From the NCBI GenBank assembly GCA_965116905.1, contig OZ220732.1, positions 2,816,001 to 2,880,000 of the forward strand: a stretch of 64,000 bases of DNA, in the 5' to 3' direction. The position numbers and the translations under genes were made by a program. Within the stretch, counting starts at the first letter, position 1. Each line of letters opens with the position of its first letter. Shown in pieces: positions 60,322 through 64,000 of this stretch. The DNA is from Longimicrobiales bacterium. GTDB lineage: Bacteria; Gemmatimonadota; Gemmatimonadetes; Longimicrobiales; Gaopeijiaceae. The notes beneath the pieces are model-generated. The model was not told the origin of the DNA. It saw nothing but the letters and a program-made list of their open reading frames with translations, and did not search any database.

Positions 60322-61059
60322 ATGAGAGCGTACGAAATCGTCTACATCCTGGATTCTGCACTGGAACGGGAGGCCGTCGACGCGAAGCTCGACGCCTTCC
60401 ACCAGGTGCTTGGCGGTGACGTCACCGCCATCGACCATTGGGGTGTCCGGCAGCTGGCCTACCCCATACGGAAGTCGAAGACCGGCTACTACGTGATCGT
60501 CCATGTGGACGCCGATCCCACTGCCCTTCCCGAGTTCGAAAGGGTGGTCAAGCTGGACGAGGAGACCACCCGGTATCTGGTCGTCGTCAACGAAGGCCAG
60601 CCCACGACCGGTGCTTCACTGCTGGCGGACCGCCCCCCTCCGCCGAAGCCGGAAGACGATGGGGACGAGGCCGGGGACGGTGAGAGCGGCGGCGAGAGCG
60701 GCGGCGGTGAAGCCGGCGAGCGCGCGGGCGGGAACGGCGCGACCGGAACCGGTGAGGCTGCCGAGGCCTCGGCGGGCGACGCCACCGAAACCGACCAGCC
60801 CGCCGAACCGCCGCAGTCGACCGGTCCGCCGGAGTTTTCCGGGGCCCGGGGGCGCCGCCGCCGCCACGAGGGGCCGCCGATCGTGCTGCTCAACTACAAG
60901 GACGTGACGACGCTGGCCCGCTTCCTGACGGAACAGGGCAAGATCCTGCCCAAGCGAACCACCAAGGTCTCGGCCCGCTTCCAGAGGCGGCTCGGCACCG
61001 CCGTCAAGCGCGCGCGGCACATCGCCCTTCTCCCGTACATCAGGGATCACGAGGCCTGA
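60322..61059 (+). CDS. rpsF-rpsR: Fused 30S ribosomal proteins bS6-bS18 (245 aa)
   Basis: S6: MRAYEIVYIL, WGVRQLAYPI, GYY, RYLVV; acidic Gly/Pro linker; S18: NYKD...RFLTEQGKILPKR...QRRLGTAVKRARHIALLPY; one frame with no stop. Confidence 0.92.
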   Translation: MRAYEIVYILDSALEREAVDAKLDAFHQVLGGDVTAIDHWGVRQLAYPIRKSKTGYYVIVHVDADPTALPEFERVVKLDEETTRYLVVVNEGQPTTGASLLADRPPPPKPEDDGDEAGDGESGGESGGGEAGERAGGNGATGTGEAAEASAGDATETDQPAEPPQSTGPPEFSGARGRRRRHEGPPIVLLNYKDVTTLARFLTEQGKILPKRTTKVSARFQRRLGTAVKRARHIALLPYIRDHEA

Positions 61060-61063
61060 GGTC

Positions 61064-61519
61064 ATGAAGCTGATTCTGCGCGAAACCGTCGCCAGCCTGG
61101 GACAGGCCGGCGATGTCGTAAACGTGAAGCCCGGATACGCCCGCAACTACCTTTTGCCGCAGGGACTGGCGTACATGGCCTCGGCGGCCAACATCCAGCG
61201 GATCGAGGAGGAAGCCGTCCACCGGCAGGAGCGGATGCGCCGCGACTACCTGGAAGCCAACCGCCAGGCCTCGCAGCTGGAGGAAGTCACCGTGTCGGTG
61301 TCGGCGAGAGCCGGATCCGAGGGGCAGCTGTTCGGGTCGGTCAACGCCCGCGATGTCTGGAGTCTCGTTCAGGAGGCGGACATCGACTTTGAACTGGACA
61401 AGCGGGCCATTCTCCTCGCCGAGCCGATCAAGAGCATCGGCGAGCACATGGTGCCGGTGCGGCTGCAGTCGGGGGTGGAGACGGAGATCCGGGTCGTCGT
61501 GGAGGCCGAAGAAGGTTGA
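61064..61519 (+). CDS. rplI: 50S ribosomal protein bL9
   Basis: MKLILRE, VKPGYARNYLLPQG, LFGSV, PIKSIG. Confidence 0.97.
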   Translation: MKLILRETVASLGQAGDVVNVKPGYARNYLLPQGLAYMASAANIQRIEEEAVHRQERMRRDYLEANRQASQLEEVTVSVSARAGSEGQLFGSVNARDVWSLVQEADIDFELDKRAILLAEPIKSIGEHMVPVRLQSGVETEIRVVVEAEEG

Positions 61520-61893
61520 CGGCTCCCCGGGCGGCCTCGGATACGCACCCGCACGTCCGCAGAGCCGTCCGCTACGCCCTGGAGAGGAAGGCGACCGAAG
61601 TCACGCTCCTCGACCTGCGTGACATCTCGTCGGCAACGGACTATTTCGTCATCGCCACGGGCCGCTCCGATGTACAGGTGCGGGCGATCGCCGAGCACAT
61701 TGTCGACAGCGCGAAGCGGGATGGGGCCCGTCCCGAGCACATCGAGGGCCTCGACCAGGGGCGCTGGGTGCTCCTGGACTACATCGACTACGTCGTGCAT
61801 GTCTTCCATCCGGCCGTGAGGGAGTTCTACCGGCTGGAATCGCTGTGGGGAGACGCGGTCGCAACCGTGTTCGGGCAGGACATGACGCAATGA
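61516..61893 (+). CDS. rsfS: Ribosome silencing factor
   Basis: TDYFVIATG, WVLLDY, VVHVF, REFYRLESLW. Confidence 0.95.
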   Translation: MTAPRAASDTHPHVRRAVRYALERKATEVTLLDLRDISSATDYFVIATGRSDVQVRAIAEHIVDSAKRDGARPEHIEGLDQGRWVLLDYIDYVVHVFHPAVREFYRLESLWGDAVATVFGQDMTQ

Positions 61894-64000
61894 GGCTCAA
61901 GTCGTTGGAGCTGCGTGGGTTCAAGTCCTTTCCCGATCCGACCAAAGTCACATTCCACGACGGGATCACGGCGATCGTGGGCCCCAATGGCTGCGGGAAG
62001 TCCAACATCGGCGACGCCATCCGCTGGGTCCTCGGCGAACAGCGTCCCACCGCGATTCGCGGCGCCAGGATGGAAGAGGCGATCTTCCAGGGGACGGTCT
62101 CGCGCCGGGCCCTCAACAGGGGCGCGGTGTCCATGGTGGTCACCAACGAGGACGGTGCGCTTCCGACCCCGTTTCAGGAGGTGGAGATAGGCAGGACGAT
62201 CTACCGGGACGGGGGCAGCTCCTATCGCCTGAACCGCTCTCCGTGCCGCCTGCGTGACATCGTGGACCTCTGCCGGGACACGGGCCTCGGGGCGAATGCC
62301 TACTCGATCATCGAGATCCGGATGATCGACGCCATCCTCTCGGAGCGCACCGACGAGCGGAGAGCGCTCTTCGAGGAGGCGGCGGGGATCGGCAAGTACA
62401 AGGACCGCCGCCGCGCGGCGATACGGCGACTGGAGACTTCCGAGGCGGATCTGCAGCGCCTGGAGGACGTGATCGGCGAAGTCCGCACCAAGGTGCGCTC
62501 GCTGGCCCGGCAGAAGGGCAAGGCCCAGCGTCACCGCGAGTTGCGCGCTAGGCGCCTGGCGGTGGAGATCGCGGTTGTGGGCTCCGACCTGGAGGAGATG
62601 CAGGCGCGCCTGACCCGGGTGGAACGCGAACTCGAACGCGACCACGACGAATCGGCCGGGATGGCGGCGCGCCTGGCGACCGCCGAAGCGGAGCTGGAGC
62701 GCGCCCGGCTCGCGCATGTCGAGGCCGAGAAGGTTCGCGTCGACGCCGCGGGGCGGCTGGACGCGGTGCGGACCAGACTGGCCAGGGTCGAACAGGAAAT
62801 CGCGGTGGCGGGGGAGCGGATCGGGAACGGCAAACGCCGTCTCGAGCAGATCACCGGTGAAGAGTCGTCCCTGGCCGCATTGAAGGCGCGGTCTGCGGAC
62901 GAGATCCTGACGCTGTGCCAGGAGCGGGACGAATGTCAATCGTCGTTGACATCATGTAAGGCAGAGTTGACATCGCGTCGACGCGCGGCGGCCGAAGCGA
63001 GGGGCCGCATGGAGGTGGCCCGCGACGAACTGGCGGTGGTGGAGCGGCGCAGCCGCGAGATCGCCAGGGCGGTCGCCCGGGTCGAGGGGGACCTCGACAG
63101 CGCACGCCTCCAGGCGGCCGAACTGGACGGCAGGCTCGAGCGCCTCACGGCCGACTCCCGGGCCGGAGCCGGGGCGCTCAGGGAACTTCGGTCGCAGGGA
63201 GATCTGTTCGTCGACCGCAGCAAGGACGCCTCCCGGCAGGTTGACCGCGCACGGCGCGACCTTGAACGGTCCCGGCGCCGTGAGACGATGCTGCGTGACC
63301 GGTTGCGGGGGGCCCGCGCAGCGGAATTGGAAGCCCGGACCCGCGTCGCGGCTCTCGAAACCGAGTTTGCGGCCGTGCAGCGCATGACGCTCGCGGAAGA
63401 GGGCGCAGAGGCGGTCGCCGCGGACGCGGCGGAAGCCTTCCCGGACTGCGTCGTGGGAACGCTGTCGGACTACGTTCAGGTACAGGGCGGCGCCGCGCGA
63501 ACCGTTGACGACGCCCTCGCCCGTTTCGGTCTCGCCCTGTTGGTCGGGAGCGGCGACGATGCCGAGCGCATCAGCCGCTGGTACCGGTCGGAGGCGGGCC
63601 GGGCCGCCCGGCTTGTACTGCTGCCCATGGAGGCGGTCCCGGAGCCGGAAGGCGCTCTGCCGCCGGGCGTGACCGCCGCGGGGGAGGGAGCGCCGTGGGT
63701 ACGCGCGCTGCTTGGCGGCGTCGCGTTTCAGGCACCGGGCTGGACCGACCTCCGGGGAGCCGTGCACCTGGTGCCGGACGGCGGCGCGGAGGGTCGGCTG
63801 GAGCGAAGGGAGCGCCTGGACGGGCTGGAGGCCGACGTACGGAAGGCCCGCGCCGAACTGGACGAGGCGAGCCGGGTCCGGAGCCACGTCGAGCGGGAGA
63901 GCCGCAACTGCGAGGGAGACGTCGATGCCCGGACCGAGGCCCTGCTGTCCAGCCGTGATGCGGCGAGGGCCGCCAGGGCGGAGGCGGAGGTTCAGAGCGG
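61890..64000 (+). CDS. smc: Chromosome segregation protein SMC (3' truncated by window; absent from the ORF track)
   Basis: Own translation: MRLKSLELRGFKSF...IVGPNGCGKSNIGDAIRWVLGEQ, LFEEAAGI, coiled coil, hinge-like VVGTLSDYV near 63450. Confidence 0.93.
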   Translation, partial: MRLKSLELRGFKSFPDPTKVTFHDGITAIVGPNGCGKSNIGDAIRWVLGEQRPTAIRGARMEEAIFQGTVSRRALNRGAVSMVVTNEDGALPTPFQEVEIGRTIYRDGGSSYRLNRSPCRLRDIVDLCRDTGLGANAYSIIEIRMIDAILSERTDERRALFEEAAGIGKYKDRRRAAIRRLETSEADLQRLEDVIGEVRTKVRSLARQKGKAQRHRELRARRLAVEIAVVGSDLEEMQARLTRVERELERDHDESAGMAARLATAEAELERARLAHVEAEKVRVDAAGRLDAVRTRLARVEQEIAVAGERIGNGKRRLEQITGEESSLAALKARSADEILTLCQERDECQSSLTSCKAELTSRRRAAAEARGRMEVARDELAVVERRSREIARAVARVEGDLDSARLQAAELDGRLERLTADSRAGAGALRELRSQGDLFVDRSKDASRQVDRARRDLERSRRRETMLRDRLRGARAAELEARTRVAALETEFAAVQRMTLAEEGAEAVAADAAEAFPDCVVGTLSDYVQVQGGAARTVDDALARFGLALLVGSGDDAERISRWYRSEAGRAARLVLLPMEAVPEPEGALPPGVTAAGEGAPWVRALLGGVAFQAPGWTDLRGAVHLVPDGGAEGRLERRERLDGLEADVRKARAELDEASRVRSHVERESRNCEGDVDARTEALLSSRDAARAARAEAEVQS

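Overview
High-GC bacterial core-genome window of about 60 densely packed CDSs and one tRNA-Gln(UUG). Gene content and order suggest Gemmatimonadota; this is an inference, not a database result. Contents in order: a ROK/PfkB sugar-kinase operon carrying a STAS-kinase plus STAS-wHTH pair, pruA, NifU/Mrp, an ECF sigma/anti-sigma envelope-stress operon, menG, an M16 peptidase pair, mutM, purD, glmM-glmS-dtd-maf-glpK, a variant (System I*) ccm operon, a fused double glycosyltransferase/TVP38-DUF547/flavoprotein cluster, recA-alaS...cca-rarA-hflX-pdxJ-ispE-tRNA-prs-rplY-pth-hppA, and rpsF::rpsR-rplI-rsfS-smc. No transposase, integrase, prophage or CRISPR array was seen. The strongest finding is a single ORF that fuses ribosomal proteins bS6 and a Zn-free bS18 through an acidic linker of about 80 aa, preceded by a candidate S6:S18 leader RNA. 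Other leads are a putative partner-switching STAS/kinase module, a 73-bp MITE-like element with a partial second copy, a SigW-type promoter before a tandem-domain Zn-less anti-sigma, CcmE with CxxxF, and many short tandem duplications at gene boundaries. Several start codons were re-assigned by eye from the ORF track.
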